From Octopus vulgaris (taxonomy: Eukaryota), in the NCBI GenBank assembly GCA_951406725.2, contig OX597832.1:17484001-17548000 (forward strand): DNA of 64,000 bases, in the 5' to 3' direction. Under the pieces are notes generated by a model. It did not search any database, was not told the origin of the DNA, and worked only from the letters and a program-made list of their open reading frames with translations. Below, piece after piece: positions 42,177-57,109 of the stretch. Within the stretch, counting starts at the first letter, position 1; each line of letters begins with the position of its first letter. Position numbers and translations under genes: made by a program.

Positions 42177-43477
42177 GAGAGACAGAGGGAGAAAGAGAGA
42201 GAGAGAAAGAGAAGGAGAGAGAGTGCAGAATGTGGGGAGAGAGAAGAAGAGAAAGGGAGAGTGAGAGTAGGGACACGGAGGGATAAACAGACGGATTCAA
42301 AAGCAGATAAAATTGTTGAGGCACACACAGTGGCACATACATTTACACATTCACAGACACGCATACACACATGTATACGTACAAATATTCCTGTACATAA
42401 GCGTACGAATATAAACTGCAATGTACATCCATGCACATACGCAGACACGCATGTAGGACAAAGGAAAGAAAGGCTAGACTGATGAAATGAGTTGACCGGA
42501 AAGAACAAATCGTTTTGTGGCCATGAAAATTTATGGCGAAGTTTGGCGAGGATTTACGACGTTGTAAAATGGTGTGAATGGTAGAGTTGTGGAAACAGTG
42601 AGTGAGACAGAGAGAGAGAGAGGGGGGGAAGAGATAGAGACATGGAGACTAAGAGAGAGTAAGTAAGAGGGTGAGAGTTGGGGGAAAGAAAGAGAGAGAG
42701 ATGGAGAGACAACGAGAATGGGAGGCAGACGTGATGGTATTGTAAGAGAACGAACGGAGAAAGTAATTAAGCTTTGGATGCGTCCACCTATACGCATGCT
42801 CACACAAACTAACATTCACACACATAAACACGCACACGAACACATGCACACACACGTATATATGCATATATGCATATTTACATACATGCATATGTATGTG
42901 TGTATGTATATGTATCTGTAAATATGTATATATATATATATATATATATATGAATACATACATGCACGCACACACACATATGTATGTATGTATATATAGA
43001 CATACATACATATAAGTATATATATATATTTATAAGCATGTCTGTATGTTAAGTTTTGAATGCGTGTGTTTGTGTGTGTGTGTGTGGTGTGTGTGTGTCT
43101 ACTAGTGATTGTATTTGTGCAGACCAGGATGAAATATCATGTTGTGCTCCGTCGTTGCCTCCCTGCTTTTCAGCTAAAGAGCGTTCCACGAAATATCTCC
43201 AACGAAAATAATGACCGCGATCGATGCGATCACCTGAAAGTCTAGAAGACGATTCCTCCAGCATGGCCATATTCTATTGATTGAAATCAATAAATTTCAG
43301 AAGTTTGAATACAAATCCTTTTCTTTTTAAGGATCTATCTCTCTTAAGATTCGACTCTCACGATTAGCCTTCTCACAAATAATGCTCACAAAATTATGCT
43401 CACAAATAATCAGAGACTCAAAAGGACAAAAGGCACGCACTCACACATACACACACACACACACACGCACACACACA

Positions 43478-43522
<45 letters not shown>

Positions 43523-43526
43523 AAAT

Positions 43527-43735
43527 ATGTGGTTGCTTCCCAGCCACAAAGTTCCGGGTTCAGTCCCACTGCGTGGCACCTTAGGCAAGTGTCTTATATT
43601 ATAGCCTCAGGCGACTAAATCCTTGTGGGTGGATTTGGTAGGCCGAAAGTGAAAGAAGACCGTCGTATATACATACATATATATATATATATATTTGTGT
43701 GTCTGTGTTTATCCCCCCATCATCAATTGACAATG
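43527..43735 (+). mobile_element. SINE family A 5'/middle part
   Basis: ttgcttcccagccac...ttccgggttcagtcccactgcgtggcacc...gaaagaagaccgtcgtata...tgtgtctgtgttt. Confidence 0.85.
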
Positions 43736-43934
43736 AGTGCTTCTATGGTAGCTGACCATATACTAAATAACAATTCTCTATAGCTCTTCGTCTATTTGGT
43801 TATGACCTTGTTTTATTTCCGTTTCTTCATTGAGGCGTTGAGGCGTTGGTTTTCAGAAAGATTCCTATTCCAAAATGTGTGAGCATGTGCTTCAAATTGG
43901 CTTCAAAATTAGCACAAGATCAGCAATTTCGAGG

Positions 43935-44127
43935 AAGTAAGACGATTACATCGACCCAAGTATTCAGCTGGTACCCCCAATATAAAGCTGGTACTCATTT
44001 TATCGAGCACGAAAGGGTGATAGGCAAAGTCTACTTGGGTGGAATTAAAACTCAGAACAGAAAGACGGACGAAATGCCTCTAATCATTTAGTCCGGCGTG
44101 CTAACGATTCTGCCAGCTCACCGCCTT
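43935..44127 (-). mobile_element. SINE family B
   Basis: gattacatcgaccc...ctggtactcattttatcga...ccggcgtgctaacgattctgccagctcaccgcc. Confidence 0.82.
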
Positions 44128-44916
44128 CCCATGATTTTATATTACAAATTATTAATAACTCGGGTCAGAATCTGGACAAAATATCTCAAGATATTTGCTC
44201 CAGCGTATTACGTTCTGAGTTCAAATCTTTCCTGGCTCGATAAAATAAAATAACAGGCTGTTACCCGGTCAACTGAATCTATCAATCACTTCCTACATGT
44301 GTGTAGCATTGTAACTACGCTAGACATTATGATATGTAGTGATTGAGATTTGATAACTATTTCTAGCACTGATAAAGCGACAAGATAGTCTCGGCTAATC
44401 GGTCCAAATGAGAAGCTAACAGTAGAAACGGCAGTAGTAAGAAAGTCAAACCTGGTTGTATAACTACAAGTTAAGAGTGGTTGATCGAACATACCAGGGG
44501 TTCGATCAAATCATTCAGTTATTATCACCCAGTCTTCTCTTGTGCACAGGAGGCCTGACGTCATGATTTCAAATGTAGGGCGTGTACGAGAGAAACCTGA
44601 CCGTAATTTCTAGCAGATCTAGTGAACAAGTAGAGGTTCCCCTATTGATTCGAGCTATGGTTGTTGTAGGTGTCCTTCATAGTAGTTATGATGGAGGTGT
44701 TGGTGGTGTTAGAAGTAATGGTGATGGTGTCTATAATGGGGTGGAAGTGCAGGTCTACTCCTGATAGTGGTTCTAATGTTTGTTATGGAGTAGGGGCGAT
44801 GATACGATGGTCCAGATGAAGACAGAATGCTGGACTTACAGGGAAATATTTACACAGTTACTAAGGATTGTGTCCTCGACCGGAACATAACATCATCATT
44901 AGATAGATAGATAGAC

Positions 44917-44979
<63 letters not shown>

Positions 44980-45235
44980 AAGAGGTTTAAGTTGGGATTG
45001 ATTAACATACGAGAATCATACACACCCACTCACACGTACATAGACACACAAACACACAAACACACACTAACTATGAAACGCCCACGCATATATTGTCTAC
45101 AAGCAACGATGTAACATATAGACCAACATACAATTATATGCACATACATACATACATGCGTATTTACATACACGAATATAATTATTTATATATATGTATA
45201 TATATATGTATGTATGTATGTATTTGTGTGTGTAC

Positions 45236-45267
<32 letters not shown>

Positions 45268-45982
45268 ATACATACATATATATGCATGTGTGAGTGTGTG
45301 TGTGTATATATGCATGTGTGAGTGTGTGTGTGTATATACATACATACACGCAGAAATAGACACACAAACAAATACATACTTACATACATAGATACATAGG
45401 AGATAATAAAGAGAGAAGGAACATTTTTTTATAGAGAAAGTGAAGGAGAAAAGGGATGATGAGGAAGGGAAATAGAAAGGAAGGAGAGAAAATGGCGGTA
45501 CGATTTAAGGGCTAGAGGATATTATGTAGAATGAGTGTAGGATGAAGGATGCTGGAGGGCGGAACAGCATGGTGAGATTGTGGTGGAATAAACAAATAAA
45601 TAAGAAATGAAAAAAAAAGAAAGGTTGCGGTAGGATCTTCGCACAAAAGCTGATGCAATTAAGACGACATTTTATAAGCTAACACACGCAGATACACGTA
45701 CATAGGAACATGCAATGACACACACAGACACACTCAAACACACACACACACACAAACACATACACACACACAGAGGCAATTTCAAACACATACATAGACA
45801 TTTGCACCAGGAGTGACTAAATTAGAAACCCGGGCGAAGGAAAACACTTCATTTAACACCCCCTAGTGAAGAAATCGTTCACAAAGTTTTGTAATTCCAT
45901 ATATATATATATACATACATATATATATATATATATATATTTATTGGCTAAACTGGCAATATGACCATTCCGAAATATAACA

Positions 45983-46020
<38 letters not shown>

Positions 46021-46475
46021 GTGTATGAACACACAAACACACACATACATGTGTGTGTTGGGGGTTATACGCATCCACGCGCAAGCGCATACGTATGCAC
46101 ACACAGTTTGTTTTTGCGCGTATTTAAGTTATATATGCATGTATATGAAGCCAGGGTTTGTGTCTCTTATATTTGTTTGTGCTGACCGCCTGTCTGCACG
46201 CTGCTCACACATGAGTCTGATTTAAAATGTGTACGTCTGTGTGTGTGTATGTGTGTGTGTGTGTGTGTGTATGTGTGTGCGTGTGCGTGTGAGTGCGTAT
46301 TTGTGTGAGTGTGTACACATGATTGTTCCTTTGCGGATATATGTTTATATTCATGTAGAGTTATGGATACGTATGAGCTGTGCATATGTTGTACATACGT
46401 ATATATATATACATGAATGTGTGTATGTATGTATATATACATATATATATATATATACATACATACATACATACA

Positions 46476-46509
<34 letters not shown>

Positions 46510-46555
46510 CATATAAACACACACACACACACATATATATATATATGTATATACA

Positions 46556-46925
46556 GGCGCAGGAGTGGCTGTGTGGTAAGAAGTTTCCTTCCCAACTACA
46601 TAGTTCCGGGTTCAGTCCCACTCCGAGGCACCTTGGGGAATGTGTCTTCTACTATGTGTCTTTGGGCTGACCAAAGCCTTTTGAGTGGATTTGGTAGACG
46701 GAAACTGAAGGAAGCCCGGTCTATAAATATGTATACTTTTGTGTGTGTCTGTGTGTCTGTGCTTGTACTCTCACCGTCGTTTGACAACCGATGTTGGTGT
46801 GTTTACGTACCCGTAATTTAACTATTCGGGAAAGGAACCGATAAAATAAGTCCTGAGCTCGATTTCTTCGACTAAAGGCGATGTTCCAAGATGGCCATAG
46901 TTAAATGTCTGAAACAAATAAATAA
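46556..46925 (+). mobile_element. SINE family A, full length
   Basis: ggcgcaggagtggctgtgtggtaag...ttccgggttcagtccc...cgactaaaggcgatgttccaagatggcc. Confidence 0.9.
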
Positions 46926-47055
46926 ATGAATGAATATGTATACACTCTAGAAGGTGTATATACTTCTGATGCGAGCCTTTGCTTACGATGTAAATATCTT
47001 GTAGATTCCCGTGTACTACGCATTTCGTGTATATGTATGTTTGCATGTACGTACG

Positions 47056-47114
<59 letters not shown>

Positions 47115-47483
47115 CTGTGTCTGTGTGTGTGTCTCTGTGTGTGTATGTGTGTGTGTGCGTCTGCGTGTGTGCGTGTTTGTGTTTGTGTGTGTGCGCATAT
47201 GTGTGTGCAAGTCTACTAATACATTGTAAAGCTTTGTTTGAGTGGCTTTTATACATTTGTGGCGAGAACATTCAGCTATGAACCGACATTTTTATTCGCT
47301 GGGACGTTTGCCTACATCATCAGTAACTCTGACCCATTGTAACTTAGCCTGCGAAGAATATTACTCACGTGATCCAAAAAATATGGCCAATCAGGTCTTC
47401 ACGAAGAATAGGCTCCCGCAATCAGTATGCACCTTTGGTGCTTCTCTTTCTGAGCCGCTCAATTGGTATGAATAGGCACATAC

Positions 47484-47594
47484 CCGCGACCGAGACTGAG
47501 AGAGCTTTGGGACGTAACAGAGATGACTAGCAAACGGATGGCGAACAGACACGGGCAGCGGCTTCATCGATCTAATATCATGATGACGAACTAC
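47484..47594 (-). other. Candidate 111-nt spliced exon (phase-0 frame open: VVRHHDIRSMKPLPVSVRHPFASHLCYVPKLSQSRSR)
   Basis: Minus-strand acceptor ttattgtcgtgtttccgcag|G and donor CGG|gtatgt, in unique GC/CpG-enriched sequence. No homology recognised. Confidence 0.35.
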
Positions 47595-48030
47595 CTGCGG
47601 AAACACGACAATAAACAATAATTTTTCGAATGCTATTCCATAAAAACATCGAAACTCTTTGAACGTTTATCCTAATACTACTTCAATTACCACAAAAATA
47701 TCTGAAACCTCTCAACATTATTCGGAATACCTATTTCAATTACACCAAAATACAATAACATGCAAACTCTCTAAATAAGAAATAATGTTTGTTCGTAAAA
47801 ATCTGAACAGATTTTGTCATTCTCTTCTATGCACAACTGTTGGCTACCGAAAATCAGTTTAAGTACAGTGATAACCAACAAACAACAGCCACACATTCAT
47901 TAACAGCATATTGTATGTGAAAATGTATATGTTGCGAAGGTGTAGCATTGGGTTCGTAGCTCAAAGTTTTCAACGATCTTGGTGAGGTTCCATTGCCTTT
48001 TGAATTTGCTAGTCTTTTTTTTTACTTTTC

Positions 48031-48320
48031 TTTTATTCTTTTATTCTTTTATTCGTTTCAGTTATTTGACTGCGGCCATACTGGAGCACCGCCTTTAGTC
48101 GAACAAATCGACCACAGGACTTATTCTTTGTAAGCCTAGTACTTATTCTATCGGTCTCTTTTGCAGATCCGCTAAGTTAAGGGTACGTAAACACACCAGC
48201 ATCGGTTGTCAAGCGATGTTGGGGGAAAAACACAGACACACAAACATACACACACACACACATATACATATATACATATACGACGAGCTTCTTTCAGTTT
48301 CCGTCTACCAAATCCACTCA
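48031..48320 (-). mobile_element. SINE family A 3' two-thirds
   Basis: ttttattctttt...gactgcggccatactggagcaccgcc...cttctttcagtttccgtctaccaaatccactca. Confidence 0.9.
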
Positions 48321-48890
48321 CTACCACCGATACCATTACCGTCTTCAGCACCACCACGAACAACAATAAGAGCAACAACACCACCACTATCACTACCACC
48401 ACCAACACGACCACCACCATCATAACCACCACCATCACAACCACCACCATTACAACCACCACCACCATCATAACCACCACCAGCACTACCACCAATACCA
48501 CTAACACCACTGCTACCAGCACCACTACCGCCAATACTACTACCATCACTACTCCCCAACTCCACCACCACTACGTCTACAAATATTACCACCGCCAATA
48601 CCACTGTTAGTATTACTAGCAATATCTCCACCATCAATACTACTACCACAAATAACAACAACAACAACGACAACAACAATAACAATAATAATATCACTAC
48701 CATTGACACCTCAGCGGTCATCTTTACTCCAGCAACACCACCACCGATCATCACCATCATCATCACCATCACCACCAACAATGACATCACGACCATCACT
48801 ACCAAGAACAACAATAGCACACATAACAACAACAACAACAACAACAGCAGCAGCAATGACAACAATACCAATGCAACTACAACAACATGA
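48321..48890. repeat. Degenerate (ACC/AAC)n array
   Basis: Direct reading. Confidence 0.9.
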
Positions 48891-49532
48891 ACATCAAGTG
48901 CAAACGCCAAAAAAAAAAAAAGCGAACAACATATATCATAATATTTCGGCTAATAAAATTTTCATTAGAAAAGAATTAATACCCGACCAACGCCAAAACC
49001 GCCATGGTTACTATCACGACGACAAGGATGAAGACGGAGACCACCGCCGCCGACGACGCTGTTACCGCCAACACCAACAAGAACATCAATCTAATCGTAA
49101 TAAGATTTAAGACTTAAAAATAATAAAAAATATAAATATATAAAAAAATAATAATAAAGTAGAAAGATGCATGATCATTTTGTCTCTTGGATTCTCATTA
49201 ATGCACGGAGGTGCGCGTAGACAAGGATGCACAAATATATCACGTGTGTAAATGTATACCCGAACACGCACACACATGCCTACGCTAACACCCGCGCATG
49301 CGTGAGCAGGCATTCACGTGTACATATATACGCAGTCGTAGATACGAACATACATACTGTTAAGCCTAAAGACACATTCACTTGCACATATATGCATATA
49401 AATTTACACACAAACACACACAATACACATACACACGTACACACACATACACACACATATACATACATGTATATATATGTATAAATATATATATATTTAT
49501 ATATTATATAAATGCATGTATACATAGAAACA

Positions 49533-49568
<36 letters not shown>

Positions 49569-49770
49569 GAGAGAGAGAGAGAGATACGTATTCATATATA
49601 CATACACACATTTATTCATACACACACATACATATATACACACAGTTGAGAGGGGAGAGACAGTGAGTGAGTAAGACAAGTACAAACAAGCACGCAACTA
49701 TGCGTGAATACAAAAACACATATACATATACACTGCCATGGGTCTATACACCCATGCAACATTACATTGT

Positions 49771-49856
<86 letters not shown>

Positions 49857-50190
49857 TGAAACCCAGAGTGAAATATACATAGAATTATACACGTAAACAC
49901 AAGCATACATATAGTTTCATCTATTGATGGGTTTTCTAGGATTACATCGTTATGTCCAACAGGGAAACCACTCACCCTCACTCCTAGTCCTCACCTCCCA
50001 CATCTTTAACATTGTCCGTAATCATTTACTCGACCCCAAATGCGCAAATATCCACTGGGCTACGGCCCCAAATAACAATGATGTTTGCTTGTTACGACTA
50101 ATTGTCTTTATACATATATATGTGTGTTTGTGCATGTGTGTATGTGTACATAGATACATGTATATGTATGTATAAATATATATATACATA

Positions 50191-50260
<70 letters not shown>

Positions 50261-50327
50261 TACATATATATATATATACATATATACATATATATACATA
50301 CATAGGTATATATATGTATGCATGTAT

Positions 50328-50391
<64 letters not shown>

Positions 50392-50574
50392 ATAAAGACG
50401 TCAACAATGGTATCAATAACAACAACTGAAACATCAGCAATAACAGCAACAACAGCAGCAGCAGAAACGACCACGACAACAACAACAACGACAAAACGCA
50501 ACAACAGCAATAAATGTAATTGTAAAAGCAGCAACAACAAAAATGAAGTTCAAAATCAACGTTTGTAGATACAA

Positions 50575-51230
<656 letters not shown>

Positions 51231-51399
51231 GATCGCTGTTAGTAATTGCTGAAGCTAAACAAAATCGGAACTCCCATACGAAGCTATCAACAATTCAGCA
51301 AAAAGAGATTGCTCCAGTTTGGCCTCGTTTATATGCAAAATGCCACATTAACATGGTGGCGGTGGTGTCACGGGTGTTTGATGGTGACAGTGCAGTAGT

Positions 51400-52036
51400 A
51401 GCCATTATGATGATATTGGTGGTGGTAGTGGTGGTGGTGGTGGTGATGATAAGGTTGATGTTGATGATGATGATGATCACGACGACGACAACGACTACGA
51501 CGATGATGACGATGAGGATGATGATGATGGTGTTGATGATGATGATGGTGGTGGTGATGATGATGATGATGATGATGATGAGGGGGTGAAGAAGGAGGAG
51601 GAGGAGGAGAAGGCAGAAGAAGAAGAAGAGGGGGAGGAGGAGGAGAAGGAGGAGGAACAGGAAGTGGATGAGTATGATTGATTTGATTGTGGCTATGCAA
51701 CAGCGTCTATGACAGCAGTATTTGAGTTAATGACAGTTTTTGTCCAACCTCAGCAGAAACCTATGCATGTCCAAATACATTCTAGCCATGACCATCTCAA
51801 CTTGCCCCCACATACAACGAACTGCGAAAAAACACAGGGTCCAGCCTTCCATTTCATATCGCCAAATGAAGAGCGTCGTCTGACTAGAAAAGTATTTGGC
51901 TCCTATTTCCAGCAGGTTGAGCGACCACCGTGGTGATGCTCATATCGACGACGATGATGATGATGGTGGTGGTGGTGGTGGTGGTGGTGGTGGTAAATGA
52001 TGATAGTGATGGTTATGGTGGTAGTGGTGATGGTTG

Positions 52037-52081
<45 letters not shown>

Positions 52082-52168
52082 CGATGACGATGACGATGAT
52101 GGTGATGATAATAATGATGATAATGATGATGATGATGATGGTGGTTATGATGATGATGTTGATGATGT

Positions 52169-52200
<32 letters not shown>

Positions 52201-52330
52201 ATGATGATGAGGATATTGATGGTGATGGTCATGATGATTTTGACAATGATGGCGCTGAGTCTCATGGTTGTGATGACGGCAGTGAAAGCCACGCATGAGA
52301 AGTGGTGGTGGTAGTGGTGGTGGTGGTGGG
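51400..52330. repeat. (GAT/GGT)n arrays
   Basis: Direct reading, with a unique or old-repeat island at ~51660-51930. Confidence 0.9.
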
Positions 52331-52924
52331 AAAGGCGAGAGTAGTAAAAAAAAAAACAAGAAACAAACAGAAATACCAAAAAATAAAAAAAATAAAACAA
52401 AAAATGGAGACGCAGCAAAGAGCAAGACGAAAGTGGATGGCGAGGAGGGACTGGGTGACGGTGAACTGCAAGAAGTAAAAAGGAAGCAAGCTTTTAATCG
52501 TCCAGTAAGACTCGTGACCGCTAATTTCAGTCAGTGATTTGTTTCAATGCAAAGAAATCCAAAATCTGTAATCCGTTATGGTCACACCGATGTTTGACAC
52601 GTTGCCGCCTCGACCGCCTTGGGATCGCGCGTGACTTTTCAACACAGCTCTACATCATTCCTTAATTCATCTTTGTGTTATGAACTCCGTGCGTGAGCAT
52701 GTCAGTATGTGTGTGCGTGTTAGTGATGTATGTGTGTGTACGTGTGTATGAGAGTGTGAATATGTATGTCTATGTATGTGTGTGTGTTTGTGTATGTTTC
52801 TGTGTATGTGTATATGCAAATGTGTTAATATGTGTATGTGACACGCGGAAACCATTTTCTACTGACACCGTGTTGCTTGTTTCCTTCAATATCTGTCTAT
52901 TGTTTATACGTGTATCTATTTTCC

Positions 52925-52977
<53 letters not shown>

Positions 52978-53188
52978 GTTTCTCTGTCTTTTGCCGGTCT
53001 GTCAGTCTATCTATAAAATTGAGTAACCTATTTATTCCTCTCTATCTTTTTCATTTCTTTCAAAATTCCTATCTCTTAATTTTTCAGTAGATTTATTTTC
53101 TTGTCTCTATGTGTGTCTACTATCTATTTGACTATTAATCTACCAGTCTAAACATCTCTCTCTCTCTTTCTATATATATATATATATA

Positions 53189-53535
53189 GGCACAGGAGTG
53201 GCTGCGTAGTAAGTAGCTTGCTTATCAACCACGAGATTCCGGGTTCAGTCCTACTGTGTGGCACATTGGACAAGTGTCCAAAGCCTTGTGTGCGGATTTG
53301 GTAGATGGAAACCGAAAGAAGCCTGTCGTATATATATATATATATATATATTCATATGTTTGTGTGTCTGTGTTTTTCCCCCCAGCGTCGCTTGACAATC
53401 GATGCTGTAGTGTTTACGTCCCCGTAACTAGCGGTTCGACCTAAAGAGATCGACAGAATAATTCCTGGGGTCAATTTGCTCGACTAAAGACGGTGCCACA
53501 GCATGGCCGCAGTCAAATGACTAAAACAAATAAAA

Positions 53536-53540
<5 letters not shown>
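53189..53540 (+). mobile_element. SINE family A, near full length
   Basis: ggcacaggagtggctgcgtagtaag...ccgggttcagtcc...gcatggccgcagtcaaatgac. Confidence 0.9.
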
Positions 53541-53568
<28 letters not shown>

Positions 53569-53569
<1 letters not shown>

Positions 53570-53630
53570 CTTTTATTCTTTTGCTTGTTTCAGTCATTGA
53601 ATTGCGGCCATACTGGAGCACCGCCTTTAG
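53569..53630 (-). mobile_element. SINE family A 3' end, tail-to-tail with the preceding copy
   Basis: tcttttattctt...cagtcattgaattgcggccatactggagcaccgcctttag. Confidence 0.85.
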
Positions 53631-54303
53631 GTGAAAGAGGGAGAGAGCGAATGTATGTATTTCGACTGTTATTTCAATCATGTGGTGTTAGACTACGTCT
53701 CTCATAAACACACTAGGTTATACGTAGTACTTGGTAGTACTAATTGTTACAGCTACCAATTTGGAGCCATATAAATGCTTTCGATAAGACGAGAGATAAT
53801 GTCATATAAGTTAGATATTTCTAAAGGCAAGGCAAATATACATTTTCATAAAAATTACTAAAATTTTAAAATAGTTATCACAATCAACCATCAATTTATA
53901 CTTGATCTACAGCTTTACAATCACTCTCTAGTATATCAAGCGTCCTTAGAGGAGTGCTCTGTGTTGCAAGCCTCCTGACCACGTTATCGATTTGAGGTTA
54001 CCTGCCTCGCCTACGTCGAAATCGATGGAACGAGTCTAAATCCATGGAACGAGTCGTGGACGAAAACCTGTAAAACCTTATTAGATATATTTTTGTTGCT
54101 GTTATATTTGTAAGTTTAAAGGAATACAGATACATTGACACACACAAAAAGCCTAAAAAACGTATGATTTCAGTTTATCTATTCTTATTCGCCAAGTTCT
54201 GATTTCAAATCCTGCTGAAGTCAACTTTCCTTGCCATCATTTCGAGGACGATAACAGTTAATTATAGGGGCCTATAATATCAAATATTGAGGCCTATAAT
54301 ATC

Positions 54304-54536
54304 TATTTCTTTACTAACCACAAGGGGCTAAACACAGAGGGGACAAACAAGGACAGACAAACGGATTAAGTCGATTATATCGACCTCAGTGCGTAACTGG
54401 TACTTAATTTATCGACCCCGAAAGGATAAAAGGCAAAGTCGACTTCGGCGGAATTTGAACTCAGAATGTAACGGCAAGTAAAATGCGGGAAAGCATATAG
54501 CCCGGCGTGCTAACGTTTCTGCCAGCTCGCCGCCTT
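54304..54536 (-). mobile_element. SINE family B, full-length monomer, flanked by 19-bp direct repeats
   Basis: tatttctttact...gccagctcgccgcc. TATTGAGGCCTATAATATC occurs at 54285-54303 and 54549-54567. Confidence 0.92.
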
Positions 54537-55060
54537 TATATATATATCTATTGAGGCCTATAATATCGCTAACTCTCTCCCGGTCTTCAAAATTCGTGGC
54601 CTTGTGCCTAAATTAATCCATGGATAGAATCGTGGAAGAAAACCTGTAAAAAAATATTTGTAATGCTTTGGCCTTTAAACTTCAATTAAACTATATTCTA
54701 CATCCAACGAAAGTGACAGTTCGAAGCCCTAAACTATGCCCTTTATAAGGAATCTAGTTAGCAGGGGAAGTACTGTTAAGTATATTGTATATACATAAAC
54801 AGCGAGGAACAAATGAATTCTTGTAAATATTGATATTTGAAAATAAAACGTGTCATACTTAAGTATCAATATAAAGTGGTATATAATTTTCTGTATTTTT
54901 TTCTGTTTTTTTATAAAAGAGATTTCTATGTTAATTCTTTGTTGTCCAGTTAGAATTTTCTGTACACCGGTTCAATGAGGGTACTTACAAAGCGATCGGC
55001 CAGGCCACTGAGTTCCTTTACATCGATCTGGGTGTTCGTTCAGTGAAACGTTTTATGCTT

Positions 55061-55166
<106 letters not shown>

Positions 55167-55167
55167 G

Positions 55168-55198
<31 letters not shown>

Positions 55199-55227
55199 GT
55201 GTATATATATTTATATATATATGTATG

Positions 55228-55268
<41 letters not shown>

Positions 55269-55331
55269 AACTATATATATATATACGTGTGTGTATGTAT
55301 ATATATGTATAAGCGCATATATGCATTTATG

Positions 55332-55366
<35 letters not shown>

Positions 55367-55459
55367 TGTGTGTGTGGATATATACATACACCACACACAA
55401 ACACACACATGTACATGTGTTTGTATGTATGTAGGTATGTATGTATGTATGTATGTAAG

Positions 55460-55492
<33 letters not shown>

Positions 55493-55511
55493 ACACATAC
55501 ATATTAGTATG

Positions 55512-55558
<47 letters not shown>

Positions 55559-56095
55559 GTATATATGCATTTATGTTTATATATATATATGTGTGTGTGT
55601 GTGTATGTGTGTGTATGTACTTGAAATATACATATATGAATATATGTATGTATATGGGTGTATATGTGCGAGTCTGTGACTTGGTTTCATAAACGTATCA
55701 TACAAAGCGTAATATTAAATACTTTAAGGGCGTTCTCAATCGAAGAAAAGTTTAAGGGGTTTTCCTTTTCTTCTCCCTCTTTCCTTCTTTCTTTCTCTCT
55801 TTGGTTATTTGTTTGTTTGTTTCTTTCTTTATTTCTTTATTTGCACTGTAGATAGAGCGTGTCAAAATTTTAGGATATGCTTATAAACAAACACACACAT
55901 ACGCTCACATATCTATAAATGTATGGGAAGTTGCATATATATGTGTATGTGTGTGTGTGTGGTGTGTCTTGCGTTAAATTATGTCTATGTAGCTATCATT
56001 TTCTCTCGATTTCTTTTGATGTTAAAACAACAAAAGAGAGAGAAAACTTGTTTTTACGTTAAATGGATTTTCTAAAACTCTTCTCAGCTTGTTAA

Positions 56096-56351
56096 ATATA
56101 TTTTTGTTGCTGTTGTTATATTTGTAAGGTTGAATAAATACAGAAACATTGACACACACACAAAAAGCCTAAAAAACGTATGTTTTCAGTTTATCTCTTC
56201 TTGTTCGCCAATTCTGATTTCAAATCCTGCTGAAGTCAACTATTCCCTGCCATCATTTCGAGGACGATAATAGAAATACCAGTTAATTATAGGGGCCTAT
56301 AATATCGCTAACTTTCTCCCGCTCTTCAAAATTCGTGGCCTTGTGCCTAAA
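56096..56351. repeat. Local duplicate of 54085-54612 lacking the SINE insertion
   Basis: atatatttttgttgctg...aaaaagcctaaaaaacgtatg...ggggcctataatatcgctaac...ggccttgtgcctaaat. Confidence 0.9.
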
Positions 56352-56429
56352 TAAAAAATCATCATGATCGTCGTCATCATCATCATCATCATCATCATCA
56401 TTATTGTTATTACTGTTGTTGTTGTTGTT

Positions 56430-56990
56430 GAGTGTGAGAGCAGTGCATAACTTCCGAGTGACACTGGGGTACAAATATACGAAGTCCAGTATACCCGTCA
56501 TGACTACCCGTCTGGTAAGTGTACACTACGTAGACACATACATCACAACCATATGTGCGCGACATGGTGACATCATATCAAGATAAACAGCGCATGACCT
56601 TGCAGGTGGGACCCAGTAAGAATTTTCTTCAGGTCGAGTAGCCCATCTCACTTAAAAGGTCCTTGAATAAGGTTTGTTTAGGGATGTTGAACGAAACACA
56701 TGTTTCCAGAGGTGAATTATCCAAACACCAAATAATTCCTCCCAACACATGGCTAAGATGCTCCCCCACTACTTCTGCTCGTGATCAGATATTCGCATAT
56801 CGTCAGCCACTAAGGGACATGGTTAACTGATTAAGGTCAAACAGCTGATAAGCAAATCTGTGTTATTGGGAAGAATATTTGCTGTAGTCCTTCTTTTATA
56901 TCAAGGAAAACAATGTACATGATAACATTTCCAATCAGTAAAGATCAGAAGCCATGAGAGCCACTGCCTGGTACTTCATCAGGGCATTTA
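56430..56990. mobile_element. ~560-bp non-coding element embedded in (TTG/TTA)n arrays
   Basis: Bounded by ...gttgtt|gagtgtgagagcagtgca and catcagggca|tttatttttattatt. Paralog at 8581. Confidence 0.8.
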
Positions 56991-57049
<59 letters not shown>

Positions 57050-57109
57050 GTTTTTATTATTATTGTTATTATTATTGTTTTTGTTGTTGTTGTTGTTGTT
57101 GATGTTATT

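Noticed and set aside
43120-43290. Possible exon in ORF 43049-43270
   Set aside because: The 3' part resembles a degenerate SINE A tail (ctccagcatggcc), and there is no convincing donor site.
56960-56990. CTGATGA on the minus strand at the end of the 560-bp element
   Set aside because: No stem II/GAAA follows at a suitable spacing.
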